Source: an uncultured virus (IMG/VR IMGVR_UViG_3300046557_000419)
Taxonomy: Duplodnaviria > Heunggongvirae > Uroviricota > Caudoviricetes
DNA: 64,000 bases
Reading direction: 5' to 3' (one strand)
IMG/VR virus record: IMGVR_UViG_3300046557_000419
Coordinates: 1 to 64,000 of that record
How positions within the stretch are numbered: position 1 is the stretch's first letter; every line of letters begins with the position of its first letter. Made by a program: the position numbers and the translations under genes. The notes under the pieces are model-generated. The model had not been told where the DNA came from. It did no database searches and saw only the letters and a list, made by a program, of their open reading frames with translations. This document shows positions 1 through 8,097 of the stretch, one piece after another.

Positions 1-389
1 TGTCGGCTGACACCTCAAAACTTCGAACCGCTAAAAGGGCCTTTTCCCAACGGGGGCAGGGACATGGGGCGAAACCCCTCGGCATCAGGGAGGCGCAGGG
101 GCTGTGTGCGTTAAAACGGGCGGCCCGCGTATCGGGAGCCTGGACTGGCAGGCCGCTCCTGGGGCTTCCCTGGCGTTTGCATTGGGGAGGGCTGTCCGAA
201 GAACGTATACAAATTCGGGACAGGGGTGGCCTCGGAAATCGGGCGGCCCTGTTTTGGGGCCCCATCCCGCGCCGCGCCGCCTAAAAGGCCATTTGCTGGC
301 CGATCCTCAGCTCAGGGTCCGGCCTGATATTCCCGGCGGCGGGTGAGGCTGCGGCTTGATCCTGGCCGATCTGCTGGCCGATCTTCGGA

Positions 390-416
390 GGCCGTGGGTA
401 GCGAGGGCTTCGCCCT
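390..416. repeat. Hairpin repeat copy 1 (AGGGC-TTC-GCCCT)
   Basis: GGCCGTGGGTAGCG flank shared with copy 2; compensatory stem changes. Confidence 0.85.
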
Positions 417-428
417 GGAGAAGAGTCC

Positions 429-626
429 CTAGTGACCGCGTGGCGTCCCGGGGAATGGGACGACGTCGCCGTCCGCCGCCCGGATCACCGCCTTTGCCAT
501 CGGCATCGGGTCGAACCCGAGATCGGCGACCGCGTCGGCCACGCCCTGGCGCTCCAGCTCGGCGACGATCGCCTCGACCACCTTCATCAGCCTGGCCATG
601 TCGGCCGCGCTGTCGCTCATGATCAT
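429..626 (-). CDS. Small hypothetical protein
   Basis: 65-aa ORF with GAGG upstream and plausible helical composition. Confidence 0.6.
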   Translation of the reverse strand: MIMSDSAADMARLMKVVEAIVAELERQGVADAVADLGFDPMPMAKAVIRAADGDVVPFPGTPRGH

Positions 627-663
627 GCCCTCGGTAATACCGAGACCATCGTACCACGGTGGC

Positions 664-687
664 CGTGGGTAGCGAGCGCTCCGCGCT
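664..687. repeat. Hairpin repeat copy 2 (CGTGGGTAGCGAGCGCTCCGCGCT)
   Basis: Exact 24-bp direct repeat of 1112-1135. Confidence 0.95.
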
Positions 688-706
688 GATGATAGTCACA
701 CCGGCC

Positions 707-1120
707 ATGACGCCGAAGCAATGCAAGCACTGCCAGCGAGACTTCTACCGGTCCGGCCGCCCCGAGCAGCGGTTCTGCTCTCACGACTGCCACCGCGCCG
801 ATCGCTACAGGGTCCGCCCGACGAGCCGCCGCTGCGAGTGCTGCCCGACCGTGTTCTCGACCGAGGGCCGGCGGAAGCACAAGCGCTTCTGCTCCCCGAG
901 TTGCGTGGCCACCTGGCGCGAGCGCGAGAAGCGCCTGAACCGTCCTTCCCCGCCGCCGAGAACCGGCCGCCGGAAGCCGGGCCGCCTGGAATGGACGCTC
1001 TCCGGCATGCAGCGAAGCCGGGGGATGGCGCCGAGCCCGCGGCCACTGTCGTCACCGCCGGCCTGGGTCGACCTCCTGACCCGCCTCGGCTATGCCCGGG
1101 TTCGAACCGGGCGTGGGTAG
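707..1120 (+). CDS. Zinc-ribbon repeat protein
   Basis: Two CxxC...FCSxxC units; the stop codon lies inside repeat copy 3. Confidence 0.6.
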   Translation: MTPKQCKHCQRDFYRSGRPEQRFCSHDCHRADRYRVRPTSRRCECCPTVFSTEGRRKHKRFCSPSCVATWREREKRLNRPSPPPRTGRRKPGRLEWTLSGMQRSRGMAPSPRPLSSPPAWVDLLTRLGYARVRTGRG

Positions 1121-1135
1121 CGAGCGCTCCGCGCT
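1112..1135. repeat. Hairpin repeat copy 3
   Basis: Identical to 664-687. Confidence 0.95.
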
Positions 1136-1304
1136 ACTGACCTACACCACGGCTGGCGCGGCGCACGCGGCCGGCCTGATGGAGCTTCAGCTTCCGCACC
1201 AGCTCCTGCAGCTTCTCGGCGTCCTCCGGGCTCATCTTCTTCGGGCCGCGATTGGCTCTGATCGGTCCCTCGAAGGGGATGTAGTCGTCATCGTCGATGG
1301 TCAT
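1134..1304 (-). CDS. Small hypothetical protein (MTIDDDDY...)
   Basis: ATG just after repeat copy 4; the TAG stop overlaps copy 3. Confidence 0.6.
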   Translation of the reverse strand: MTIDDDDYIPFEGPIRANRGPKKMSPEDAEKLQELVRKLKLHQAGRVRRASRGVGQ

Positions 1305-1332
1305 GGCCGGCGAGCGCTCCGCGCTAGAGTCA
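1305..1332. repeat. Hairpin repeat copy 4 (GGCCGGCGAGCGCTCCGCGCTAGAGTCA)
   Basis: 25/28 match to 2901-2928. Confidence 0.9.
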
Positions 1333-1668
1333 GACATTGCCGCCGCAGTGCCGGCACTGGCGATGCTCGACCGGCCGGAATGCGTCCTTGATCGGGTGGT
1401 CGGGGTCCTCGTACAGGCCGCCGCTGATGACGCTGATGTTCGTGTCGAACTCGGGGTGCTCCCAGTCGGGGCGGGCCGTGTGCGCGTAGCGGGCGCCCGG
1501 GAAGATGGGCTCGCCTTTCGGGGCCGGCTGCTCCTTCGAGCACGTCGGCTTCATCACCACGCGGTGACGACGGAGGAACTCTTCGGTCGTGCAGCCGGCG
1601 ACGCCCTCGTTCTTGAGCACGATCGGCACGGCGATGATGCGGCTGGTCTTCGGGTCGAAGGTGGTCAT
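1330..1668 (-). CDS. Hypothetical protein (MTTFDPK..., C-terminal CxxC)
   Basis: Bounded by repeat copies 4 and 5. Confidence 0.6.
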   Translation of the reverse strand: MTTFDPKTSRIIAVPIVLKNEGVAGCTTEEFLRRHRVVMKPTCSKEQPAPKGEPIFPGARYAHTARPDWEHPEFDTNISVISGGLYEDPDHPIKDAFRPVEHRQCRHCGGNV

Positions 1669-1672
1669 GGGC

Positions 1673-1693
1673 AGCGAGCGCTCCGCGCTAGAG
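1673..1693. repeat. Hairpin repeat copy 5
   Basis: AGCGAGCGCTCCGCGCTAGAG. Confidence 0.9.
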
Positions 1694-1785
1694 AAGAACA
1701 CACAGGACCGCGGCCACGATCCAGATCAAGCCGATCGGGTACACTGTCACCCGGATGGTGCGCTGGCCTACGCGCTTGACACTGA

Positions 1786-2058
1786 TCACAGCCGCACCAC
1801 GATCAGGTCGTCGACCGAGAAGCCGTCCGTCCAGCCGTGCCGATTGATGATCTCGTCGTCGCTGGCGATGCCGACGTTGATCTCGTGGCCGCTGCCGTCC
1901 TGGTATTCCCAGACCATGGACACGACGACGTACTCGGCGGGCCACTCCGCGGCATACTGGGCGGCCGGCGATACGGTCACGCGGCTGCCGATACGGATCG
2001 GGGAGACCTCGATCATCTGGCGCATCAGGATTTCGTGGCGGGGCAGGGCGGCGTTCAT
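1786..2058 (-). CDS. Hypothetical protein
   Basis: 90-aa ORF with GGAG RBS in a leftward operon. Confidence 0.65.
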   Translation of the reverse strand: MNAALPRHEILMRQMIEVSPIRIGSRVTVSPAAQYAAEWPAEYVVVSMVWEYQDGSGHEINVGIASDDEIINRHGWTDGFSVDDLIVVRL

Positions 2059-2062
2059 CAGG

Positions 2063-2188
2063 TCACTCTCCGGAGAAATACCAGTCGGCCGCCTTGCGGA
2101 GGAGGCCAGTGTTGTTGGCGATGACGAGGCTGCCGATCAGCGCCAGCGCCACGACGATGCCGGTGAAGGCAGCGGTCCTGATCGACAT
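2063..2188 (-). CDS. Small membrane protein
   Basis: MSIRTAAFTGIVVALALIGSLVIA hydrophobic segment; coupled to the upstream stop. Confidence 0.55.
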   Translation of the reverse strand: MSIRTAAFTGIVVALALIGSLVIANNTGLLRKAADWYFSGE

Positions 2189-2508
2189 CACGGCAGCTCC
2201 GTGGGCCGCTTGGTCAGCAGGCCTTGTCGGATCCGCCACCACAGGCCGGCCCCGCTCTCGCATTCCGAGACTGGCGGCACTGCATCGAGGCCGTGCTTGC
2301 GCTGAAGCAGCTTGCCGGTGTCGTGATCGCCGTCCCGCCAGGTGGCTCCCTGGCTCAGCCGGTGAAGCACGAAGGGCCGCGCCAGCTCGGGAGCATCCCT
2401 CAGGGCCGCCATGAGTCCGAACTGGAACTCGAGAGCGTCGACCAGCTCGCGGCGCAGGTCCGCGATCGAGAGCCGGTTGATGTAGGACTCATCGACGAGG
2501 TCGCTCAC
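2188..2508 (-). CDS. Hypothetical protein
   Basis: 106-aa ORF, translationally coupled. Confidence 0.6.
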   Translation of the reverse strand: MSDLVDESYINRLSIADLRRELVDALEFQFGLMAALRDAPELARPFVLHRLSQGATWRDGDHDTGKLLQRKHGLDAVPPVSECESGAGLWWRIRQGLLTKRPTELP

Positions 2509-2855
2509 ATGTGGTCTCCCAGGTTACGCTTGAACTCGCGCAGGAAGGCGTTCGCCTCGTTGAGATCGGCCGGCAGGTCGGTCGCCCACGACACCGAGAC
2601 TCGAGCGATCGGCGTCGGGATCATGCGGAAGAGCCAGAGGAACTGGCGGCGGCTCTGGAACGGACGGAAGGTCCGGCCACGGATCTTGCGCTGCTCACCG
2701 GGGAGGGGATGTCGCCACTGGCGGCTGCTGAGCTGGGCGCCGAAGCCACCGATCCAGGTGTAGAGCCGGCCGCTCAGCCAGTAGAACCGGTCGTCGAAGT
2801 AGGGCGACGCGAGTCCGTGGCCGTTGCCGAAGATCAAATGGTCGAGGAAAAGCAT
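2505..2855 (-). CDS. Hypothetical protein
   Basis: 116-aa ORF, 4-bp overlap with the next gene. Confidence 0.55.
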   Translation of the reverse strand: MLFLDHLIFGNGHGLASPYFDDRFYWLSGRLYTWIGGFGAQLSSRQWRHPLPGEQRKIRGRTFRPFQSRRQFLWLFRMIPTPIARVSVSWATDLPADLNEANAFLREFKRNLGDHM

Positions 2856-2900
2856 CCGGCTTGACTAGCACGAATGCAAATGCGATGCAAATATTCGCGG

Positions 2901-2928
2901 GGCCGGCGGGCGCTTCGCGCCAGAGTCA
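2901..2928. repeat. Hairpin repeat copy 6 (GGCGC-TTC-GCGCC)
   Basis: Covariant version of copy 4 with the same flanks. Confidence 0.85.
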
Positions 2929-2948
2929 TAACCAAACCGCCCGCAGCG

Positions 2949-3221
2949 TCACCCGTCGCGGAGGTTCATCGCTTTGTAGGCCTTGAGCAGCTGGTCCGGA
3001 GGCGTCTTGGCTTTCAGGGCTTCCCAGGCCATCTTGAAGTCGATCTTCGCCTGGTCGAGGCTGCCGGCCGTGCCGATGGGGAGACCTCCGGTGAGGTGGA
3101 CGATGACGTTCCAGATCCAGATCCCGGGCGTGCGCTCGCTGGCGTATCTGATCCGGCCGACCAGCTGCTTGTCGTCGAGCACGGAATAGTCGCGGCGTCC
3201 GATTGGTCGCAGGCTGAGCAC
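2949..3221 (-). CDS. Hypothetical protein of a type seen in Rhizobiales
   Basis: VGRIR...WxWNV...G.AGSLDQAK.DFKxAW pattern. Confidence 0.7.
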   Translation of the reverse strand: MLSLRPIGRRDYSVLDDKQLVGRIRYASERTPGIWIWNVIVHLTGGLPIGTAGSLDQAKIDFKMAWEALKAKTPPDQLLKAYKAMNLRDG

Positions 3222-3244
3222 GAAATCGGCCTCGTGAGGGGGGG

Positions 3245-3370
3245 TGTCAACCAGGATGACAGGGGGGGGGGTGTAATCCTGGTTGACAGGGGTGTCATCC
3301 GAGTTGACAGGGGTGTCATCCGAGTTGACACCTTAAACCACCACTATAACCACCACTTGAACCACCAACT
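3245..3370. repeat. Four 17-bp iteron-like palindromes plus three AACCACCA repeats; candidate replication origin
   Basis: TGTCA-N7-TGACA units at 3245, 3272 (one mismatch), 3293 and 3314. Confidence 0.75.
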
Positions 3371-3528
3371 CTTAGACTCTCGTCCCTTTTCGGGCCGAGG
3401 CGCTGGCTTTTGGCTTCGGCCGCAGGTTCCGGTCAGGAACTCCAGCCGGCAAGTTTCCACAGTTCGGGCGGAAAGGTGCCCAGGTGTTGAAACCGGGAAC
3501 CCGTTTGCATTTTTGCAGGGAACAACCA

Positions 3529-3593
3529 GAGAGGGGTTGACAGAACGGGGGTACCTACTGTAGGACTTGCTGTAGCGTTAGCATTCGTGCAAA
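3529..3593 (+). promoter_or_regulatory. Putative rightward promoter flanked by TTGCA operators
   Basis: GAGAGGGGTTGACAGAAnGGGGGTACCT is repeated at 22617-22644. Confidence 0.6.
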
Positions 3594-3761
3594 CGTAACC
3601 AAGCCCCCAGGATGCGGCCCGGACAATCAGCCGGGACATTGGGCGGTGCCCGGACCCACTAACCCCATGCTGCGACCCCCGCCTCAGGCGGCGGCGCCCG
3701 GCCAGGCGATAGGAGTTCGGCGTGTCCAGGGGCTTGCTTGAATGCAAACGGAGGAACGCGC

Positions 3762-3887
3762 GTGAGCCATGAGCTGATCCAGTATCTCGCCTATGTGGCC
3801 GCGATCGTCCTGACCCCTGCAGTCGGCTTTGCCGTCCTCGGCCTGTTCTGGTGCGTCCGATCCCTAAAGGAGATCGTCTGGCCATGA
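3762..3887 (+). CDS. Small membrane protein
   Basis: GTG start after GGAGG; hydrophobic 41 aa; ATGA overlap with the next gene. Confidence 0.55.
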   Translation: MSHELIQYLAYVAAIVLTPAVGFAVLGLFWCVRSLKEIVWP

Positions 3888-4018
3888 CTGCTGACATCGA
3901 ATTTCTCGCCGTGCTCAGCAGAGCCATCCTCGCATTGATGATCCTGAGCGGCGGCGCCATCGCAACGATCCTGGTCGTGATCCTCATCCTGAAGCTCTTT
4001 GGGTGCCTCGATGACTGA
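3884..4018 (+). CDS. Small membrane protein
   Basis: AAGGAG RBS; hydrophobic 44 aa. Confidence 0.6.
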   Translation: MTADIEFLAVLSRAILALMILSGGAIATILVVILILKLFGCLDD

Positions 4019-4295
4019 CCGCGCAGACGAAATCATCGCTGCCGCCGAGCAGGCGCTGCGTGAGCGACGCGGGCGCTCCGCGCCAGAGACAAACCAAACA
4101 GCTCCCGACTGGGGCCCGCTGTACCGCTACCTGCAAGGTGTGGTGCTCGGCTGCGTCGCCGGCCTGATCATCGGCTACATCTGCGGCGCCTTCATCGGAC
4201 CGGGTCGTGACACCTGCAAGGTGCGCGCCTCCACGGCTCACATGGCGGTCTGTCTCGATGACTCGATCGCAAAAGCCAAGGGGCTGATGCGGTGA
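4011..4295 (+). CDS. Membrane protein
   Basis: TM segment GVVLGCVAGLIIGYICGAFI; contains hairpin repeat copy 7. Confidence 0.6.
   Translation: MTDRADEIIAAAEQALRERRGRSAPETNQTAPDWGPLYRYLQGVVLGCVAGLIIGYICGAFIGPGRDTCKVRASTAHMAVCLDDSIAKAKGLMR
4069..4088. repeat. Hairpin repeat copy 7 (GCG GGCGC-TCC-GCGCC AGAG)
   Basis: Matches the consensus flanks and stem. Confidence 0.6.
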
Positions 4296-4630
4296 GCGAG
4301 AACCCTGGGAAGTGGCGAGACATCGAACAGCACGCTGACAGCATGACGCTCTTCGGCCGCGACTTCACGCTGCTGGTCGACGGCAAGCCGCTCGACAGCA
4401 TCCCGACGAAGCTCTTCGTCAACGAGATCGACGTCGTGACCGGCGCGATCACTGAGGTCACCTACACGACCCAGCTCGCGATCGACGAGCCGATCGAGCC
4501 GCTCAGCGAGACAGAGCAGAAGCTCTGCGATTGGTGGGCCAAGCGGATCGAGGAAGATCTGCTCCGCCAGCTCTGCGGCGCGTCCAGTGAATACGAACAA
4601 AGCCTGCGTGCGGCAGGAGCCAAAGTTTAA
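4292..4630 (+). CDS. Hypothetical protein
   Basis: 112-aa coupled ORF. Confidence 0.65.
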   Translation: MSENPGKWRDIEQHADSMTLFGRDFTLLVDGKPLDSIPTKLFVNEIDVVTGAITEVTYTTQLAIDEPIEPLSETEQKLCDWWAKRIEEDLLRQLCGASSEYEQSLRAAGAKV

Positions 4631-4682
4631 CCAGAGCCCGTGGTCTGCCCCAGGCAGCACGGCTCACCCTTTCGAGGCCGGA

Positions 4683-4994
4683 ATGTCCAAGATCGTGCCC
4701 GACCAGCTCGTTGACCTCGCGCTCGAACATCTCGACGACGAAGTCAAGCGCTGGCGGCGCGTGCCTTGGGCTCCGGGATACATCCGCCTGATGCGGTGCC
4801 CCGACATGCCGGGCCCGGCAGAGATCACCGCTCAAGCGATGGAACAGGAGATCGTCTGCCACGACGTGCCGGCCGCTCTCGCCGACGACATGATCGTCCG
4901 CTTCGCGATGGAGAAGGCCATTGAGGCCGTCATCGGTGCCATCTCGCTCGCAGTGCCGGCGCCGAAGCCGCGCAAGCGAAAGGCCAAGTCGTGA
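4683..4994 (+). CDS. Hypothetical protein
   Basis: ORF with GAGG RBS. Confidence 0.6.
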   Translation: MSKIVPDQLVDLALEHLDDEVKRWRRVPWAPGYIRLMRCPDMPGPAEITAQAMEQEIVCHDVPAALADDMIVRFAMEKAIEAVIGAISLAVPAPKPRKRKAKS

Positions 4995-5236
4995 TCGAGT
5001 TCATCGGGCTCGCCTGCTTCTCGCTCGGCGTCGCCACGCTCTACGCCACATGGCGGCTGTGGCTCGACGAGCCTCGCCAGATCCGTTTCACGGACAAGCT
5101 GGCAGAGGCTCTGGAAATGCCACGCTACGTCCAGCGGGCGCAGATGTACTGCCGGCTCTACGGCTATCCCGAGAGCGAGTGGGAACGGTTTCAACACCGC
5201 GCCATCGCCGACATCATCATGGAGGCGTACCGCTAA
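4991..5236 (+). CDS. Membrane-anchored hypothetical protein
   Basis: N-terminal TM segment; coupled. Confidence 0.6.
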   Translation: MIEFIGLACFSLGVATLYATWRLWLDEPRQIRFTDKLAEALEMPRYVQRAQMYCRLYGYPESEWERFQHRAIADIIMEAYR

Positions 5237-5430
5237 TGGAGCAGCTCTTCAGCGCGGCCCACGCTGCATCGCGGATGTACGCCAGTAGCTGGCGCCGTGG
5301 AAACATCGTCCGCGCCCAGAACCAGCTTCGCAAGAACCTGCAGAGCAAGCGCCTCGTGGACTTCTACCTCGACGAAATCGAGCGCGAAGTCGACTTCATC
5401 ATCTTCGAGAAAGACTTCGATGCCGCCTGA
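5236..5430 (+). CDS. Hypothetical protein
   Basis: TAATG coupling, GGAGG RBS. Confidence 0.55.
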   Translation: MEQLFSAAHAASRMYASSWRRGNIVRAQNQLRKNLQSKRLVDFYLDEIEREVDFIIFEKDFDAA

Positions 5431-5503
5431 GATCGCCCAAATCCTGATCAGTATCGCGATCTCGATCGCTTTCATGGTCATCGTTGCCGGGGAGGCCTGA
5501 GAC

Positions 5504-5683
5504 ATGCCCAAGAAAATTGCTGAGAAGTCCGCCGCCATCATCACGATCAAGGATGCGCCGGAGATGACCAAGCGCGGCCGGCGCCAGATCGCCGAGTGGA
5601 TGCGCAAGCAGGCGGACTTCCTGGAGTTCGAGGGTAAGGCGCTCTCGAAGCGCTTCACCGCCCGGTACCTGTACCGCGACTGA
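5504..5683 (+). CDS. Small basic hypothetical protein (MPKKIAEK...)
   Basis: 59-aa ORF with GGAGG RBS; TGATG coupling. Confidence 0.6.
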   Translation: MPKKIAEKSAAIITIKDAPEMTKRGRRQIAEWMRKQADFLEFEGKALSKRFTARYLYRD

Positions 5684-5937
5684 TGGTTACTGACCCGATC
5701 TCAACCAGCCCGAAGGCCATGATCGCCTTCGAGCTGATGAAAATTCTGGACCCGCTCGTCGGTGTTGCTGAGGCCGCATTCTTCATGCAGCGCAGCAACG
5801 ACCTCCTCGGCGGCACGACCCCTGTCACGGCAATCAAGGATGGCCGGATCGACGAGGTGCGCCGTGCCGTCCAGGCGGTCGCGATGGAGAAGGGCGTTTT
5901 CGGCGAGCCATGGCTGCCGCCGAAGACCCGACGCTGA
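5683..5937 (+). CDS. Xre/MbcA/ParS antitoxin C-terminal-domain-like protein
   Basis: AAFFMQRSNDLLGGTTPVTAIKDGRIDEVRRAV resembles the DUF2384 signature. Confidence 0.55.
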   Translation: MVTDPISTSPKAMIAFELMKILDPLVGVAEAAFFMQRSNDLLGGTTPVTAIKDGRIDEVRRAVQAVAMEKGVFGEPWLPPKTRR

Positions 5938-5941
5938 AATT

Positions 5942-6017
5942 GCTGGGGTAGCTCAGATGGTAGAGCGCCGGATTTCCAATCCGTTGGTCGTGGGTTCGAA
6001 CCCCACCCCTCGCTCCA
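5942..6017 (+). tRNA. tRNA-Gly(TCC)
   Basis: Cloverleaf with loop TTTCCAA, GGTTCGAA T-loop, U73 and CCA. Confidence 0.9.
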
Positions 6018-6029
6018 AAGGAACCGAAC

Positions 6030-6311
6030 ATGGGTGAATACGACTACGTCCGCCTTGAGCGGGCAAAGCCGAACGTCATCGTCGCCTACAGCCGCGACGT
6101 CGCGATCCAGTACCGCGAGGCGTTCAACCTCGACGCCAGCCAGTGGGCCTGTCTTGGATATGGCGAGCGTCTTCCAGGCAAGTGGTGGCAGCGCATCGTG
6201 ATGATGCGACCGCACTGGGCGCAGTCTGTGTCTGAAGCAATCGACTTCGAGATGCGTGTGGATGACTGGCGATGCGCCACGGTCACCGACAGCGTCTTCA
6301 AGCTCATCTGA
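6030..6311 (+). CDS. Hypothetical protein (paralog of 7812-8075)
   Basis: Shared N..VA.....A......L....W....YG...RP pattern. Confidence 0.65.
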   Translation: MGEYDYVRLERAKPNVIVAYSRDVAIQYREAFNLDASQWACLGYGERLPGKWWQRIVMMRPHWAQSVSEAIDFEMRVDDWRCATVTDSVFKLI

Positions 6312-6944
6312 TGCTGCGCCTGGCCTGCATCTACATCACGGTCGCACTCGCAGCTGCGACCATCTTCTTCGTCGTCGCCACCGCTTGGTGGGAACTGACC
6401 ACATCGCCTCACGGCCTGCCGCCGGGTTGGTAAAGGACATCCAATGCCGTTTCGCGCTCGCGTTCTTCTCTTTCAGTTCAGCTGCATGATGGTCGCGTTC
6501 TGCGCCTGGCTGACCCACGTCGTCACCTGCATCCAGTCAGGTCGCTTCCTGCTGCTCATCGCGGGTGCCATCGCCTTTCCGATCGGCGTGATCCACGGCT
6601 GGGGCATCTGGCTCGGCTTTTGGCCGTGATTAGCTGGGACGCAATACTCATCGTTGCCGCCATCATCGCCGCGTCGGCGATCATCTCCAACACCATCGAG
6701 AACGTCGTGTGCGACTTCGCCGAAGACCTCTTCGAGCGATGGGACGCCATGGATGACGAGGACTGAATGCCGTTTCCCTTCTGCTTCCTGATGTTCAGCT
6801 ATGCCATCTGGCAGGCGTCCATCGAGCGGGCTTTCGATTTGAACCCGTTCGAGGTGCGCTATGAGGACAAGAACCTTTGATCTAGTCCTGGTGCCCGTGC
6901 TGTTCGTCATCTTCCTCGTTGCGATGGCGCACCTCTTTACCTGA
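6311..6944 (+). other. Run of tiny hydrophobic ORFs (6311-6433, 6444-6629, 6626-6766, 6767-6880, 6861-6944)
   Basis: Consecutive or overlapping 27-61 aa ORFs, most with a TM stretch. Confidence 0.5.
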
Positions 6945-6979
6945 CGACCAGCCGGCTCCCAAAAAACCCGAGCACGAAA

Positions 6980-7462
6980 ATGAAGGCTCTCAAAGCACTG
7001 GCCCTTGCGGGCCTGGTGATGATCTCTGCTGTGTCGCCATCACACGCACTGGTCATCACAGACGATCCCGGCGGTGTCATCGTCAACTTCGTCAAGAAGT
7101 ATGCAGACATCCGAGACAGCGGAGAGAAGGTTGTTGTCGACGGCGAGTGCGACTCGTCCTGCACGCTCTTCCTCGGCCTCGTTCCGCCGAAGAATTATTG
7201 CATCACGCTGAATGCGAAGCTTGGCTTCCACACGGCGTCGCTCAAGGTGCCTCAGTCGGATGGCACCGCCAAATACACTCACGCCGCCGAGTTCTCGGAG
7301 CTGATGTGGAACATCTACCCCGGCAACATCCGCGCGCTCATCAAGCGCATCGGCTGGAACGGTGACGATCCCAACCTCGCGCACCCGCAGATCGTCTACG
7401 TCGGCCCTCGCCAGTTGCACAAGGCCGGCGTGCGTTACTGCGAACCGGGAGACTTATCGTGA
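6980..7462 (+). CDS. Secreted ClpP/crotonase-like protein (Rhizobiales type)
   Basis: Signal peptide; DPGG...DGECDSSCT...LGFH motif. Confidence 0.7.
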   Translation: MKALKALALAGLVMISAVSPSHALVITDDPGGVIVNFVKKYADIRDSGEKVVVDGECDSSCTLFLGLVPPKNYCITLNAKLGFHTASLKVPQSDGTAKYTHAAEFSELMWNIYPGNIRALIKRIGWNGDDPNLAHPQIVYVGPRQLHKAGVRYCEPGDLS

Positions 7463-7809
7463 GCCGGAAGCTGCGTGATCGAACCAAGCTTCCGAAGATC
7501 ATCAAGATCGGGGTCCACGAGTACGAACTGATCCACCTTGATCCAGTCGTGGCGGAAGAGAAGGAGGTCTTCGGCCTCTGCAACCGCATGACGCTGAAAA
7601 TCTCAGTCCGGTCAGATCTGCCGGACTCTTCGTTCGCCGAGACCCTTGAACACGAGATCAACCATGGCTGCTGGCATGCAGCTTCTCTCGGTGACGAAGA
7701 GACGGAAGAAGAAGTCGTCCTCCGTCTGACGCCCATCATGATCATGGCGCGCCGCGACAACCCGGAAATCTACGCCTGGATCGACCGGGCTATCGCCCAG
7801 AAAGACTGA
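7459..7809 (+). CDS. HExxH metallopeptidase-like phage protein
   Basis: ETLEHEINHG followed by EEEVV. Confidence 0.7.
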   Translation: MSRKLRDRTKLPKIIKIGVHEYELIHLDPVVAEEKEVFGLCNRMTLKISVRSDLPDSSFAETLEHEINHGCWHAASLGDEETEEEVVLRLTPIMIMARRDNPEIYAWIDRAIAQKD

Positions 7810-7811
7810 CC

Positions 7812-8075
7812 ATGCTCAACGCAATGGTTGCCGCCACCAAGCGGCAAGCAGAGGCGATGATTGCCCTGCTCAAACTCAACCCGCACGAATGGCAGGCCGT
7901 CACGTACGGCCAGCCGATCAAGCAACTCTTCGGCCACGCCAAACTCATCCGCCCAAGCGAGGGCGTCGAGAAGTCGCACTGCGACTGGGTGTTGGGGAGT
8001 CTCGTCCCAAACCTGTGCCTGACGGTGACCACGGTGCCCCCGCACTGGAAGATCCCGCAAGAGCACGTCGACTAA
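7812..8075 (+). CDS. Hypothetical protein (paralog of 6030-6311)
   Basis: Motif similarity to 6030-6311. Confidence 0.6.
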   Translation: MLNAMVAATKRQAEAMIALLKLNPHEWQAVTYGQPIKQLFGHAKLIRPSEGVEKSHCDWVLGSLVPNLCLTVTTVPPHWKIPQEHVD

Positions 8076-8097
8076 TCAAAAAAAAGAAAGAACAGAC

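Noticed and set aside
1094..1112. GGTTCGAACC T-loop-like hairpin
   Set aside because: No acceptor, D or anticodon arms; lies within an ORF
664..1693. CRISPR array interpretation of the hairpin repeats
   Set aside because: Spacing is 170-450 bp and irregular, the intervals are genes, and there are no cas genes
2874..3563. 229-aa + ORF across the iterons as a rep gene
   Set aside because: Antisense to a better ORF and has no HTH; at most a relic
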